Counted from the first letter of the stretch, positions 24,806 to 39,202 are shown. The stretch: 64,000 nt of DNA from Octopus sinensis (GCF_006345805.1 NC_043013.1:51894001-51958000), one strand, 5' to 3'. Notes: generated from the letters alone by a model not told the origin. Numbers and translations are program-made.

Positions 24806-25849
24806 CATATATGCGTATATACGTACATACATAAACTTATATCTTTGGGAGTGAATCTAACATTCACTCATACATATACACACACACATACGCACTCACA
24901 TACAGGCACATGTACGAACACATCGTCAGAAAATCTTTCCCATCGACTAAGCCACAACGCCAAACCATTTCTACCACAACCGCTACCACCACCAACACCA
25001 CCACCACCACCGCCACCACAATCCCCCACCTTCAAGACTGATAGTTATTTTGAACATTCCTTACATTCGATTTGTCTGCAATGCCATAAGCAATGACCTG
25101 TAAAAGAGATTATTGTTGCTCGAAACCTTCTTAATCGCCATTACAATATTGAATTGATGCAAATCAAAATGGCGTCCAAATATAATTATTTCCGACTATC
25201 TCCGTCTATCTCCGCCTATCTCCGTCTATCTCTCTACCAATAACGTTGATCTTTTATTAAACATCATTTTATCATTACTTTTTACTCTTTTGTTTTAACA
25301 TAAAGATATTTGACCCAAGATTTCTTGCCGCTCCCGATTCTTTCTCGTATTTTAGTCTCTCTTTCTGAAATTCTTTTTCGCTTTGCCTTTTTCCTTTGTT
25401 CTTGTATTTTTCCCTTTTAATTTTTCCTTCTTTCTCTTCCCTTTTTGTTTTTTTTCTGTCTTTATTTTTGTCTATTTTATTGATTGGGTGGGAGTAGTAG
25501 GTTGCAACGGTGATGGTTTTTGGAAGTGGTGGGAAGATATGTTGGTATTGGCCATAATGGAATCGGTGACGATGGTGATAGTAGTGGATGTGGCGGTAAT
25601 AAAGACGGTGATGATGATGATGAAATTGGTGGTGGTGGTGGTGGTGGTGATGGGGATGTTGGTAGTGATGGTAATATTTATTCTATTAACTGAAATCCAT
25701 TCTTCTTCATGAATCATAATATAATGATCACAATCAATATATATAAACATGTATATCATATATACAATATATATAATATATAGATATATATATATATATA
25801 TACATGTTTATATATATTGATTGTGATCATATATATATAACATATATAT

Positions 25850-25886
<37 letters not shown>

Positions 25887-25968
25887 ATATAATAAATATA
25901 TAATATATATATTTTAATATATATATACATACACATAAGATATATATATATACACACACATATATATA

Positions 25969-26003
<35 letters not shown>

Positions 26004-26141
26004 CACATATATATATATATTACACATACATAACACCACATATATTATATATACATACATATATTATATAACACATACTACATACACATATATATACACA
26101 ATATATATATATACATACATACACACAATATATATATATAC

Positions 26142-26195
<54 letters not shown>

Positions 26196-26789
26196 TACAC
26201 ACACACATACATATATATAATATACATACTTGCATACATACATACATGCACTAACCCGTCACCTCCACCAGAGTCACCTGGTGAGGAGGATTGTTAGGAT
26301 TACGAATCAAGAGGAAAACAATACCTGCCAAAGGAGGAATGAACTGACTGTAAACCCAACGATCTCTTAGCAATACTGCGAGCACTAAGAAAATTCGGCT
26401 CGACGTACGTGTACATACGTGTGTGTGTGTATGTGTGTATGTATATATGTATCTATGTATGTACGTAAATCTCTGTTGATTCACCATAGGTGATAAATTA
26501 CAGAACACAATGAGGAAGTAGAGTATTCATTAATACATTATAACTGGAAGCTTCGTTGCGTGAATGTAAATGTGAATATAATTATAGAAGTTACGAAGAA
26601 AACGCTGTTTTCTCCAGCGTACATCTCATATAATTTCACATATAATTTCTCGACGGAATAAGTAATATCTTAAACCAAGACGCCAAACTAGTATTTATTC
26701 ATAATCTTTGGTATTTCAAGGCAAAACAGGCTTATCTTAATTATGATGTCTATCAATCTGTTGTAGTGAAAATGGTACTCCCCTTCCCA

Positions 26790-28478
26790 CGTGACAAAGT
26801 GGTACGAAATAGCCATTATAAAGTCAGACAGTCAGTCGATGTCGGAGTTTAGTAGTAGTAGTAGAGTTGCTTGTAACAATTTGACGTTCCTTAAATTGTT
26901 ACAAGAATTTTTAGGGTTGGTAAACTGCTATCAAGTATATATCCCGAACATACACAACACAAGGGCTCTACTAAACGAGCTGTTAAAAAAAGAATGCCAA
27001 ATGTTTTTGGTCTGAAAAATGCCAGAAGGCATTTGAGGAACTAAAAAGCATGTTGACTTCAGACCTGTCGCTTACATACTTCGGTCCGGAGTTGGAAACG
27101 AAACGGGCAACAAATGCTACTGAGTAGGGGTAGGTACTGTACTTCAACACAAATGTGAAGATGACAACCAAAAGGCTATAGCTCACATGACAAGGACGCT
27201 ATTGCCAGTGGGGAAAAATATATAGCCAGATTTGAAAAGAGGTATTGGCGATTATATCTGTTCCACATGTTTGTAGATGGTAGATGGTTTGGACTACAAA
27301 CAGACCATCACCTGTTGCTAACGATTTATGGATCCAAGAAAGGAATTCCAGTACATAGAGCAAACAGGTTGCAGCGATGGGACCCATTCTACTAAACTAC
27401 GAGTATTCTATGGAATATTTACCTTCGAAAAAGTTAGGACACGCTGACGGCCTATCTAGGTTAATACCCAGAAATGGCGAACAATTCGAGGACACAGTAA
27501 TAGTAGCCCTAAAAGCCGAAGGAGAAATTTAACACATAATGTGGAACATTGTACGAGAGTTACCAATAACTCTGGAGGATGTAAAGCGACACACGTCAAA
27601 AGACAAGTTCATTAATCAGCGAAAGAAACAAAAATAGTTTCGGAAAGAAAAAACAGCAACAGGTACATATATATTCAGCATGCGACGGCGTACTGATGTA
27701 TGGCTAAAGGGTAGTGATACCTAAGAATGTTGAAAAAATTCTATAATGGATATCCGGGGATCGCAAGGATGAAAGCGCTTCGGCGTAGTTATGTGTATTG
27801 GATGGACAAGGAAGTTGAAAACGTTGTAAAAGACTGCAGAGGATGCGCTCTGGCAGCGAAATTACCAACTCAAAAATGGGAGCCTTGGCCAGAAGTAAAA
27901 AGTTATGGTCAAGACTTCATATCGGTTTTACGAGTCCGTTAAATGGCTTTTTACTATTTAGTAGTAGTGGACGGCATTACAGAATGGCCGGAAATTGTTA
28001 AGCCACTGAAACGGTAATAAAGTTTTTGCACGAATTATTCGCAAGATTTGGCATCCCAGACGAGATTGCATCTGCCAATTGAAGAAAAGATTCATAAAAA
28101 AATGAACCAGACAGATTAGAAGAAACTATGGAATGACTGTAGGACACATTTCAGGTACCAACACTGTTACAGAAGGTTCAACTCACGCGTACAAGTTGAA
28201 GAAAAAGGAAGAACACAGACTTCCTACAGACACCAGAAAGAAAAAAAATATTCGTGACAAAGTGGTATGACTTTATAAGTCAGACAGTCAGTCGTTGTTG
28301 GAAATCTGTAATATTAGAGTCGTTGTACGAACTCTCAGTTGGAGTCGAAGTCAGTTACGTGTTATATTCGCGTTCGAATTACGGTCAAGGTAGACGTTTC
28401 AAAGTCATTGTCTTGCGGAGCTATCAACGATAGCACAATTAATGAGTCAAAGATAATAAGACGTGGAATACGGCCACA
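26790..28478 (+). mobile_element. Decayed Ty3/gypsy LTR retrotransposon (RT end, RNase H, integrase) between LTR-like direct repeats
   Basis: FLGLVNCYQVYIPN; WSEKCQKAFEELK; TDH..L.IYGSKKGIP..ANRLQRW; HADGLSRL; GYPGIARMKALRRSYVYW..DCRGC; ARFGIPDEI; repeats starting CGTGACAAAGTGGTA at 26790 and 28253; many stops and frameshifts. Confidence 0.92.
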
Positions 28479-28920
28479 GCATAATAATGGTGACAAGAAT
28501 ATTACAATGTGGACAACAACATACAAGTGGACGAGAATCCACATTATAACACTATCCATCGCTCTCTCATATACATTCTGGCATTGATGTAGCAACATTT
28601 AAAATATTGTCCAGGTAAATCCAGCGGATGAAGACTAATCAAATTTACAATGACAAACGTATTTGAAGAGTCCGAAACCTACGTACTGGATTATCCGATT
28701 CTGGGTTGTCCGTCTATCTAATGTTCTTCCTAGAGATAAGACAAAATTTTTCGTGTCTGCTGCCCTCACACGCCTTTGCCTGTAAACACACATTGAAGCT
28801 TTACTATAGCGTAGTAAATGTATCGTCTGCTATTTCCAGTAAACATTGGTGTCTTGTTGCACCACTACTCTCTCTCTCTCTCTTTCTCTCTTTATATATA
28901 TATATATATACATACATACC

Positions 28921-29720
28921 AGGTAGCACTGTCAGGCCAGGGACTTCTGCAAGTTATCCATAAGCCCCGGCTCGAAAGTCCTCCGGAACAGACTGGCGAG
29001 TTGAAGTCCATCGACGCCTAGAGTCTTCCCGAGAACGTAGTCGTTTCCTTTCACCACTAACCCTCTATACAACGCCATAGTAGAATTTCCACTAAATGCA
29101 TTGCCCGACTGGTTGAGGAGCGTGAGCGCCTGGCGACACTCAAGGTGCCAGATGCCCAACCTCGGTCTACGCTTGATCCAAGATTGCAGCTCACTCAAAA
29201 AGACGAGCTGCGGGAAAGCGAGTCTGACAAGCGGCGACCACACCTACTCACCACCGTCGAGGAAACGCTGGTTGTGCGGCAGCCTCAGCGCATGTTTGCG
29301 TATCAATAGCCACAGCATACCCAGCCCACCATCCATAGGTTATTGACAGCAAATGGAGGCGGAAAGGCAAACGCTCCAGCTTGACCAGGTACGAACTGGG
29401 GCAAGGCACGACGGTGAGGTGGTAGTAAATGACCGAGGCGATGTATATGTTCGCCACATCTGCCCGACCTTTCAAGGATAGCTTCCTCTCAACCTATTTC
29501 TGAGTGAGACCGGCTACCCTGCTCGTAACCTCGCTCCAGTTCTTCTCCAGTTCGAGGTCCGATCCGCACCAGATACCGAGCAATTTTACAGGCACGACCG
29601 TCTAACGTCCTACAACGCTGTCGATCGGCATGGATCTGCCTCTCCAGGTGCCGAATTGCAGGGCCACCGACTTTTCCGGATTAATATTTGTTCCCGTTAA
29701 TTCCCCGTATTCTTTCACAG
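28921..29720 (-). mobile_element. L1/Tx1-clade LINE ORF2 fragment (post-RT region), decayed
   Basis: INPEKSVALQFGTWRG..RWT.GPVKLLGIW..KLSLKGRADVANIYIASVIYY.LTVVPCP...LYRGLV..FRRTFEPGLMDNLQKSLA resembles Tx1-like ORF2. Confidence 0.8.
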
Positions 29721-29817
29721 AAGTAAGTAAGTAAGTAAGTAAGTAATAATAATAATAATAATAATAGTAGTAATAATAATAATAATAATAATAATAATTA
29801 TTATTATTATAATAATA

Positions 29818-30022
29818 GTGACTGAAAATTTTGAGAAGTACATGGAACAAATAGGAGCTGCAATAAGGGTAGAGCACTTGCAGAAAACAGCAATGCTTGG
29901 ACCCGCTCGAATATTCTGAATGGTGCTCGAAAAATAAGGGGTGTTACCTTAATTCATTGGTAGTGAACAGCTGACACCGTAGTACATCTCCGGCATTAGA
30001 AGCTGTGCAAAGACAAAATAAT
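29818..30022 (+). mobile_element. 3' stub of an RLE-type non-LTR retrotransposon directly after (AAT)n
   Basis: VTENFEKYMEQIGAAIRVEHLQKTAMLGPARIF*MVLEK* followed by a short 3' UTR ending AAAATAATA. Confidence 0.75.
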
Positions 30023-30030
30023 AGATAGAC

Positions 30031-30083
<53 letters not shown>

Positions 30084-31500
30084 TACATGCATAAATATAT
30101 GTATGTATGCATATATGTTTGTATGTGTGAATATATGTATATATATGTATGCATATATGTATGTATGTGTGAATGTATGTGTGAATGTATGTATGCATGT
30201 AGTTATGTGTGTATGTATGTATGAATATGTAATATTTGTACATAAGCACAGTTGTAAATGTATATTTATGTTGACAATTGTGAAAGGTGCGAAGGACAGA
30301 GCTTGTGATGGATATGTACTCTTAGAAGCCGTTAGAAGATGGAGCATTGAAAAAATGTCAGGTTTATTTCAACCTTTGTGACCTTGCTGCTTCTATGAAC
30401 CATTTGGAAGGACGTAATTGCAAAATAAAAACTTCGAGGCATGCCTACAGGAATCGAATATTTTTGAGCGTTTATTTGGTAGCCATCTTGAAATGATATC
30501 AATAATTTTTCATTTAAACAGAATTTGAAACACAGACGTCGAAAACTTCCATGTACACATGGAACGATGTGACAGAAAATTGCCCGCTGGGATTTTAGCA
30601 TCACAGGTCTTGATTCTTTTAAAATCCATTTGTGCTTGGAGAGGCTTCAGGCAATTTTTTCTTTTACCTGTTTCAGTCACTGGACTGCGGCCGTGCTGGA
30701 GCATCGCCTATACAGATGAAATGAAATTTAGAATAATTTTCAGTCTAATTGCTATAATTCACGAGAGGACTGTTATTGACAGATTGAACTTAGTATAGAA
30801 AGTAGAGTTTTCGAAAAGCAATTACTCCTAAGAAGGCAATTAGCTGGAGTAACACAGTTACAAGTAGAGTTGAGACTACCTCATTATTGTTATAAAGGAT
30901 TTTGGGAATTAAAAGGGTTAGTGGAACTCACAAATTTTTTACAAGAATTACTTATCTTAAATGTTTTTCCGTTAAAACGGTTTTCCTATCTGTTTTATGA
31001 GAAAAATGGAAGAGACGTTACCAGTGCGGTCGGTTAAGCTTAGATATAAATTATATCCTTAGTGTGTTGTCTTGTGTGTTTATAACTTAGAAAGAAATTT
31101 ATCTCTGCCACTCTATCAAACCTTTATTTCTTAAACAACGATTACATCGATAACCAATAATATCCCTCCCCTGTTCTATATCATCCAGGCAGCATTCACT
31201 ACGCTATTCAACTATGTAATCTTTGCTCGTTATATACAAAACTTTATGTTTCTTTTCCATAATCCACAGAAAAAAGGTAGCGAGAGTCTTGGAGTAATAG
31301 TTTGCGACATTTAGACTTCCAATGAATTATATCAGTTAATTTTCAGTATTGAGTATTTTCTTCTTCCACTTGTTTGCAAACTGATTTAGACTTCTCGTAA
31401 TTACTCTCTTCGGTTAATTCACATTGACACACGTGCGTGCTACACACACACACACACACACGTGTTGAGAACTTTTAACTGCATCCAGAACGTATTTGCA

Positions 31501-32100
<600 letters not shown>

Positions 32101-32141
32101 TATAAACATACATACATACATACATACATACATACATACAT

Positions 32142-32180
<39 letters not shown>

Positions 32181-32184
<4 letters not shown>

Positions 32185-32346
32185 GCGCAGGAGTGGCTGT
32201 GTGGTAAGTAGCTTGCTAACCAACCACATGGTTCCGGGTTCAGTCCCACTGCGTGGCATCTTGGGCAAGTGTCTTCTGCTATAGCGCCGGGCCGACCAAT
32301 GCCTTTAGAATGGATTTGGTAGACAGAAACTGAAAGAAGCCTGTCG

Positions 32347-32379
<33 letters not shown>

Positions 32380-32580
32380 GTTTGTGTGTCTGTGTTTGTC
32401 CCCCTAGCATTGCTTGACAACCGATGCTGTTGTGTTTACGTCCCCGTCACTTAGCGGTTCGGCAAAAAAAGAGACGATAGAATAAGTACTAGGCTTACAA
32501 AGAATAAGTCCTGGGGTCGATTTGCTCGACTAAAGGCGGTGCTCCAGCATGGCCGCAGTCAAATGACTGAAACAAGTAAA
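32181..32580 (+). mobile_element. SINE family A, full length and close to the in-window consensus
   Basis: ATAGGCGCAGGAGTGGCTGTGTGG...GGTTCCGGGTTCAGTCCC...(TA)n...GAAACAAGTAAA. Confidence 0.92.
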
Positions 32581-32739
32581 AAATATATATATATATATAC
32601 GAACAATAAAACCCGCATAATTACAACTATGTATTTCTTAATTTCTCTTAATCAAGTGTTACTCAGAAAAGGTCCGCAAAGAAAATTTACAAATATAACC
32701 ATTCTAGACGTGCCTGTGAGCACATACGTCTGTGTTGTG

Positions 32740-32839
32740 NNNNNNNNNNNNNNNNNNNNNNNNNNNNNNNNNNNNNNNNNNNNNNNNNNNNNNNNNNNNN
32801 NNNNNNNNNNNNNNNNNNNNNNNNNNNNNNNNNNNNNNN
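32740..32839. other. Assembly gap (100 N)
   Basis: Run of exactly 100 N flanked by (GT)/(CA) microsatellite. Confidence 0.99.
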
Positions 32840-32840
32840 A

Positions 32841-32881
<41 letters not shown>

Positions 32882-33554
32882 ACACACACACACTCACACA
32901 CACAACGTCTAATTCCGTCAGTCTCGTTTCACCATTAATTAGATCTTCAAATAAACACGTCAAGGAAACTCCACCAATTCCGCAATACGCCGGTGGAATC
33001 AGTGGAACCGGTGGAGCCGACTGACTGAGCCGGTGCCAAATTACCATTTCTGTCTTTTACTGGATTTTATTGGCGTTCTTGTGAAATGTAAGAACTCTGA
33101 AGGAGTTTTACGCTGATTGGAGACGACTAGCTTTACAAATCTTGGTTACTTAGATCTCACACACACACACACAAGCACGCACACACACACACACACACAC
33201 ATGCACACATACAAGCACACACATGCACACACACACACTTAATATGTAAATATGCATTTTCATACATACTTAAATACAAATATACAACACACACACACAA
33301 ATATAGATGATTATGTATGTATTAAATTATATTACATAAATATTCATGTTTATATATATGTGCGTCTCTCCCCTCTCTCTCTCTCCGTCCTCTTTCTCCC
33401 CCCCTCTCTCTCTCTTCCATCCTCACTCTCTCTCTCACTATGTGTGTATGTGTATGTGTGTACACAAATATGCCTGTGAATCAAGAATTTAGCTTCTGTG
33501 GTATTCATTTGTCTTAATTATTCCAATATCTGCTCCTGGCCACGTTTTCGTCAG

Positions 33555-33592
<38 letters not shown>

Positions 33593-33749
33593 CACACACA
33601 CACACACACACACTCCCACTCACACACATGCACGTATGTCTGCTTGCATGTATGTATATATAAAGGTGGGTGTGTGTGTGTGTATCTTACTGGTTTCGGC
33701 CAGAGGCTGAGGCCATGCTGGAGCACCGCCTTTCAGTGTGTATGCGTTT

Positions 33750-34097
33750 CTTTTCTGTATTGTTTCTGAAGAAATGGCGATTTGGATGGAGCTGCTCTTC
33801 TACGTGCTTCCTGCTTCGATGTGGATTCATCTGGGATCTCAGATAAAAATTGGTCCGGACGCTCTTTGAAGACCTCCACATCTACACCTCGCAAATCTCC
33901 GAGGTTGTCTGGCACAATGTTGAATGGTTGTGGACCCTTGAAACCCCAAGCTGTCACAGCACTGGAGACTTATTGTAGATGGAGAAGACGGGATGTTCGG
34001 TCCTCTGCAGTGCAGCCAGTTTCTGTGGTTGGTATAGCTTTCAGCTCCGACGTAGGGAGATAGACCTTCCAGGATCTTCCAAATGTATATCACTGCA
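33750..34097 (-). mobile_element. CR1-like LINE 3' end, decayed
   Basis: AVIYIWKILEGL...SLGFQGPQPFNIVPDNLGDLRGVDVEVFKERPDQFLSEIPDE resembles the CR1 ORF2 C-terminus. Confidence 0.8.
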
Positions 34098-34700
34098 TGT
34101 ATGTATGTATGTATGTATGTATGTATGTATGTATGTATGTATGTATGTATGTATGTATGTATGTATGTATGTATGTTTATGTACGTATGTATGCATGCAT
34201 GTATGTATGTATGTATGTATGTATGTATGTATGCATGTATGTATGTGTGTATGTATGTATGTATGTATGTATGCATGTATGTATGTGTGTATGTATGTAT
34301 GCATGTATGTATGTATGTGCGTGTGTGTATGTATGTATGTATGTATGTATGCATGTATGTATGTATGTATGCATGTATGTATGCATGTATGTATGTATGT
34401 GCGTGTGTGTATGTATGTATGTATGTATGTATGTCATTATTCTGTTTTATTTCAAGATTTCTTGCCAATAAAGAACATGTTTCTAACCTAGATCCAAGGC
34501 TCCTTCATTGGAATTTTAACATCAACAACAAGGTACTTTTGTTTGTTTGTATGTATGTATGTATGTATGCATGCATGTATGTATGTATGTATGCATGTAT
34601 ATATGTATGTATGTATGCATGTATGTATGTATGTATGTATGTATGTATGTATGTATGTATGTATGTATGTATGTATGTATGTATGTGTATGTATGTATGT
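34097..34700. repeat. Long degenerate (TATG)n tracts
   Basis: Direct inspection (34097-34433 and 34548-34700). Confidence 0.95.
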
Positions 34701-35351
34701 CAGGTCGCTCTTGGGTGCTACTTGTAACATGTAACACAGTACAACCTTTTGCATGGTCGGGTAGTCGGCGACTAAAGTGGCAACCTGATCAAGCTTTCTT
34801 GGTGAGAAGGGTAATTGTTGGAAACCCTGCAGGACGAAAAGTAAAACCTGTCAACGGGCGGAAGAGCTCATGAGCAGTCAACGACCATCCAACAATATGT
34901 GTACATGTGTATGTATGCATGTGTGTATGAGCGAGGACATGGAAATACCTGGGCTGGTGTCCAGGCGCGCGGTTTACCCGCTGAGGGCGGGAGGCCCCTC
35001 TGCTGTTGTCACAACATCTCTGTTGGAGAGGGAATCTCTGAGAGAAAACCTGCCACACTGACAATATTCAATGATGCAAACTAGTTCTTCTTTTCAAGTT
35101 TATGTTGTCCATGTTCAGAGAATGGGATTGGATTTATGCAAATCCTTCCTCTCCATAAAAAAAAAATCCTCATACACAGGCATCGCTTGGAAAGAAAAGT
35201 AAGACCTGTCACAAAAATGGCTGGTCGTGGCCTTCCCATATGTGGGACTTTCGATCAGGCGATGGCAATACTCGAACTCAAATTTACGGCCGTCACGTAT
35301 GTATAGACGGGTATCTATTTTTTTTACTTCTTCATTGCATTTATCTCCTTT

Positions 35352-35563
35352 TCTCTTTTACTTGTTTCAGTCATTTGACTGCGGCCATGCTGGAGCACCG
35401 CCTTTAGTCGAGCAAATCGACCCCGGGACTTATTCTTTGTAAGCCCAGTACTTATTCTATCGGTCTCTTTTGCCGAACCACTAAATTACGGGGACGTAAA
35501 CACACCAGCATCGGTTGTTCAAGCGTTGGTGGGGTGGGACAAACACAGACACGCACACACATG

Positions 35564-35613
<50 letters not shown>

Positions 35614-35660
35614 ATATGGGCTTCTTTCAGTTTCCGTCTAACAAATCCAGTCACAAAGCT
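35352..35660 (-). mobile_element. SINE family A, 5'-truncated
   Basis: High similarity to the family A tail and centre. Confidence 0.85.
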
Positions 35661-35959
35661 TTGTATGTGTGTGTGTGTGTTCCACCTTCAGCCATCGACA
35701 TTTCAAACAAGAGCTGTTAAATATAACACCAATTACATCGATCTCGCCAGACTTAGGGTCGTCTCTAGGCACGACCCCTTCCTTCCTTCAGCGCAAACCA
35801 TTAAAATCTTCTTTTTAAAATAATCCATTTTATGGACAAAAACATTTCCGAGAAAAAAAACCAACAAAAAAGCCGGGTTTTTTTAAAGAAAAAAAGAAAT
35901 GTTACTGTTACTCTTTGACCTCTGACACCCAATAACAACCTCAGTTGATGACCTCAAAT

Positions 35960-36950
35960 AACAGTGGTGGGAGGCGGAGGGCTCCGACGGCGCTGACAGT
36001 GGGGATGGTCAGAGTGGTGGCGGTAGTGTTCGTGGCTTAGTGTTTGCTGGCGACGTTGTTGTTTGTGACGGTGGTGGTAGTGCTGGTGGTGGTGGTGGTG
36101 GTGCTGGCGGCGGAGTATTATTGCTTTTGGTGGTAGTGGTAATGACGTGGCGATGCTAGTTGTATGTTGAAGGTGGGGTTGTTGACAGTGACGGTGGTTA
36201 TAGTCATAGAAATATGGTGGTGTTGGTGTACGTGGTGTCGGTGGGGGTGGGGGTGGAGTCGTTGTTGCCGTTGTTGTTGGTGGTGATGACGGTCATATTG
36301 GCCGTAATGGTGGCCGCGATGGTAAAGCTCAGGTTGTTGGAGACTGTGGTAACGCAGGTGATGTCAGTGGTGGTGGCGGTGGCAGTAGCTTTGACGGCAG
36401 AGGCGGAGGCGGCGAAAGCGGTTGAGGCGGAGACGAGGTTTACGAGGCTGATAGTCGTCGCCGTCGTCGCCCTCGTAGTGGTGGTCATGCTGGGTTTGGC
36501 GCAGGTTGTTTAGTGGCGGGGGTTGGAGGTAATAACAGCGGCAATATGAGTCTGGGGTTTCATCGCCGTCATCCATTTTGTTCTTCTTCTTCTTGGTTAT
36601 CCTGTGGTGGTGGCGGTGGTGGTGGCGGCGGCGGCGGTGGTGGTGGTGGTGGTGGTGGTGGTGGTGGTGGCGGTCGTGGTGGTGGTGGTGGTGGTGGTGG
36701 TGGTGGTGGTGGTGGTGGTGGTTGGGTGGTTGTGGGGGGGGGGGGGGTCGTGGTGGTGGTGGTGGTGGTGGTGGTGGTGGTTGGTGGTGGTGGGGTCGTG
36801 GTGGCGGTCGTGGTGGTGGTGGTGGTGGTTGGCGGGTCGTTTGGTGGTGGTGGTGGTGGTGGTGGTGGTTGTGGCGTTGATGCGTGGTGGTGTTCATGGC
36901 GATTATATTTACGATTGATGATGATGTTAATGATGTTGATGATAGTGATG
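35960..36950. repeat. GC-rich cryptic trinucleotide region with a (GGT)n core at 36603-36870
   Basis: Direct inspection. Confidence 0.9.
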
Positions 36951-37341
36951 AGAGATGTATAGAGAGAGAGGGGGGGCACATTAATGGGTAGGAGAGACAG
37001 GGGTGGCGTTAAGCGGCGCCGCCAAAAAAGGGGTGAGGAGAGACAGGCGACGCCGACGCCGCCTCCCCCACGTCCACCTCTACCTCTGTCTGGCCGTCTG
37101 GACATTTTAACCATTGGAGGCTATGTTTGAGGGAGCGGGAGGTGTGGGGAGAGGCGGGAAAGGGTCATGTTTTTTGTGTGGTCAACTCACACCAATGAAA
37201 TATATACCGACATGTATTCGTGCTTGTGTGTGTGTATATACATTTATATAAATATATGTCTGTATATGTTTGTAAGTGTGTGTGTGTGTGTGTGTGTGTG
37301 TGCAGGGTACATAGATACATTTACATATTTATTATTCTTTT

Positions 37342-37738
37342 ATTCTTTTACTTGTTTCAGTCATTTTGACTACGGCCATGCTGGAGCACTGCCTTTGGTC
37401 GAGCAAATCGACACCAGAACTTATTCTTTGTAAGCCTAGTACTTATTCTCTCACTCTCTTTTGCCGAACCGCTAAGTCACGGGGACGTAAACACACCAGC
37501 ATCGGTTGTCAAGTGATATTGGGCTGACAAACACGCCCCCACGACACACACACACATATATATACATATATACGACGGGCTTCTTTCAGTTTCCGTCTAC
37601 CAAATCCATTCAGAAGGCTTTGGTCGGCTCGAGGCTATAGTAGAAGACACTTGCCCAAGATGCCACGCAGTAGGACTGAACCCGGAACTATGTGGTTGGT
37701 AAGCAAACTACTTACCACACAGCCACTCCTGCGCCTAT
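37342..37738 (-). mobile_element. SINE family A, full length
   Basis: Ends CCACTCCTGCGCCTAT, the reverse complement of the family head. Confidence 0.9.
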
Positions 37739-37766
37739 AAAAATAAATTACGTGCGTGAATGTAGG

Positions 37767-38138
37767 ATTATTTCGTCCGTCGTTGTCGACGATGACCAAA
37801 GTCGTCTCATGGGACAAGAAGACGGATCGCCGTGTGTCCGGCTGTAGCCAATCAGTCCGATGGATGCTCTGAAGACCCTACTCTATGGGCTGCAGGGAAT
37901 GAAGATAATGAGCTGGTTCTGGACTTGCATAATTCGCGTTTTCTTTGTGCTTTTGCAATCCTATTCTGTTCGTAGGAGGTGGCACCTCTGTTGGGGCAGC
38001 TGTGCCAGGCAGGACGGACTTGTGCTTGTGTTTCTCAGGAGTCAGGATTGATCTCAAAGCTCTTCTGTTCTCTCCACCTTGAGTGCGCTTGCCCTCCACA
38101 AGGTTGCTGTGAAACTCTCTTGGGAAGTCACATAGACA
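37767..38138 (-). mobile_element. RTE (BovB-like) LINE 3' end, decayed
   Basis: GKRTQGG...SFEINPDS*ETQAQVRPAWHSCPNRGATSYEQNRIAKAQRKRELCKSR...IGLIGYSRTH, then tail GGTCATCGTCGACAACGACGGACG. Confidence 0.85.
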
Positions 38139-39202
38139 CGCGCGCGCGCGCTTTACGTAGTGGCTGCTTTCTCGAATACGAACAGATCCGTTCTTAAAAA
38201 GAATCATTGAAATGAGTCATTGATAATGCAGTGTGAGGCCCTTTTATTGCATAATGCACAGTTGTGCTGGTTGGCAGAAGGAACCGGTGCCACACTATGA
38301 AGTCTTTTGCCAATTCTTTTTAATCCTCCAACCGAACGGCACACCTTTCCACAGGTTGCACATATTCTCTTCTCAACAATAGCTGTATCATAATTTACAA
38401 AAGGGTCGACCCCCGTGGCTTCTTGGTACTATTTGGTTATCTGCCCCCCCCCCATTAAAAAAATTTGGTTATTTCCCCCGTTTTACGAGAAATAGTGGTA
38501 CTTTTGGTTATCTTCTTCAACTAAAAGAATTAACCCTTAATAAAACAAGAAAAAAATTAAAAATTAATAAACATGAAAACTGAAAAAACTAAAAACTTCA
38601 TATTAAATCTAATAGCATCATACCCTTCCTACTGAGGAGGCTAAAAGTCAACAATATGTTGAAGTATTGAATCAAAAGTATCTAACCCTTTTAATTCAAT
38701 CTTTTGTCGCCCCATAAACTTAACTTTTTAGTGGGGAGATAACCAAAAAAATTTTATACATGTTTTGGACTCCTTATGAATCCACGCATTTTCATCCACG
38801 TTCTTCATTGAATCAAATTCGAACAGGTACATTTATGGATTTATATTTTTATATATGTATATTTTTGAATTTTTATGTGTTTATAAATTTTTATATGTCT
38901 GTGAATTTTTATATATTTATAAATTTTCGGGTATATGTATATATTCATAAATTCTTAGAAATTTCATATCTCATACGGATGAATGCATCTATGTACGAGT
39001 ATATATATTGTATACCATAGAGAATTTCGTTTATATGGATTGAATGAATATATACATCAATCTTTGAATTTGTTTTCTCCTCTCCTTAATTCTATATTCC
39101 TGAAGCTCTCTATCAGAGCGATAATTGGTTGAGCTGTATATAGTGGATATCTATATCACTTATTTCTTCATTATTCTATATGTAAATATATATTTATATA
39201 CA

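Noticed and set aside
25192-25233. Four copies of the 10-mer TCCGNCTATC as a CRISPR-like or regulatory array
   Set aside because: No spacers; it is a simple minisatellite. No CRISPR structure was seen anywhere in the window.
32539-33047. ORFs spanning 32740-32839
   Set aside because: They read through the N gap and are artefacts.
34700-35270. GC-richer segment possibly from a LINE 5' UTR or endonuclease start
   Set aside because: I could not recover a convincing motif in any frame, so it is left unclassified.
37878-38207. 109-aa ORF that looks like a host exon
   Set aside because: It overlaps the decayed RTE 3' end; RTE motifs are spread across frames of the same strand.
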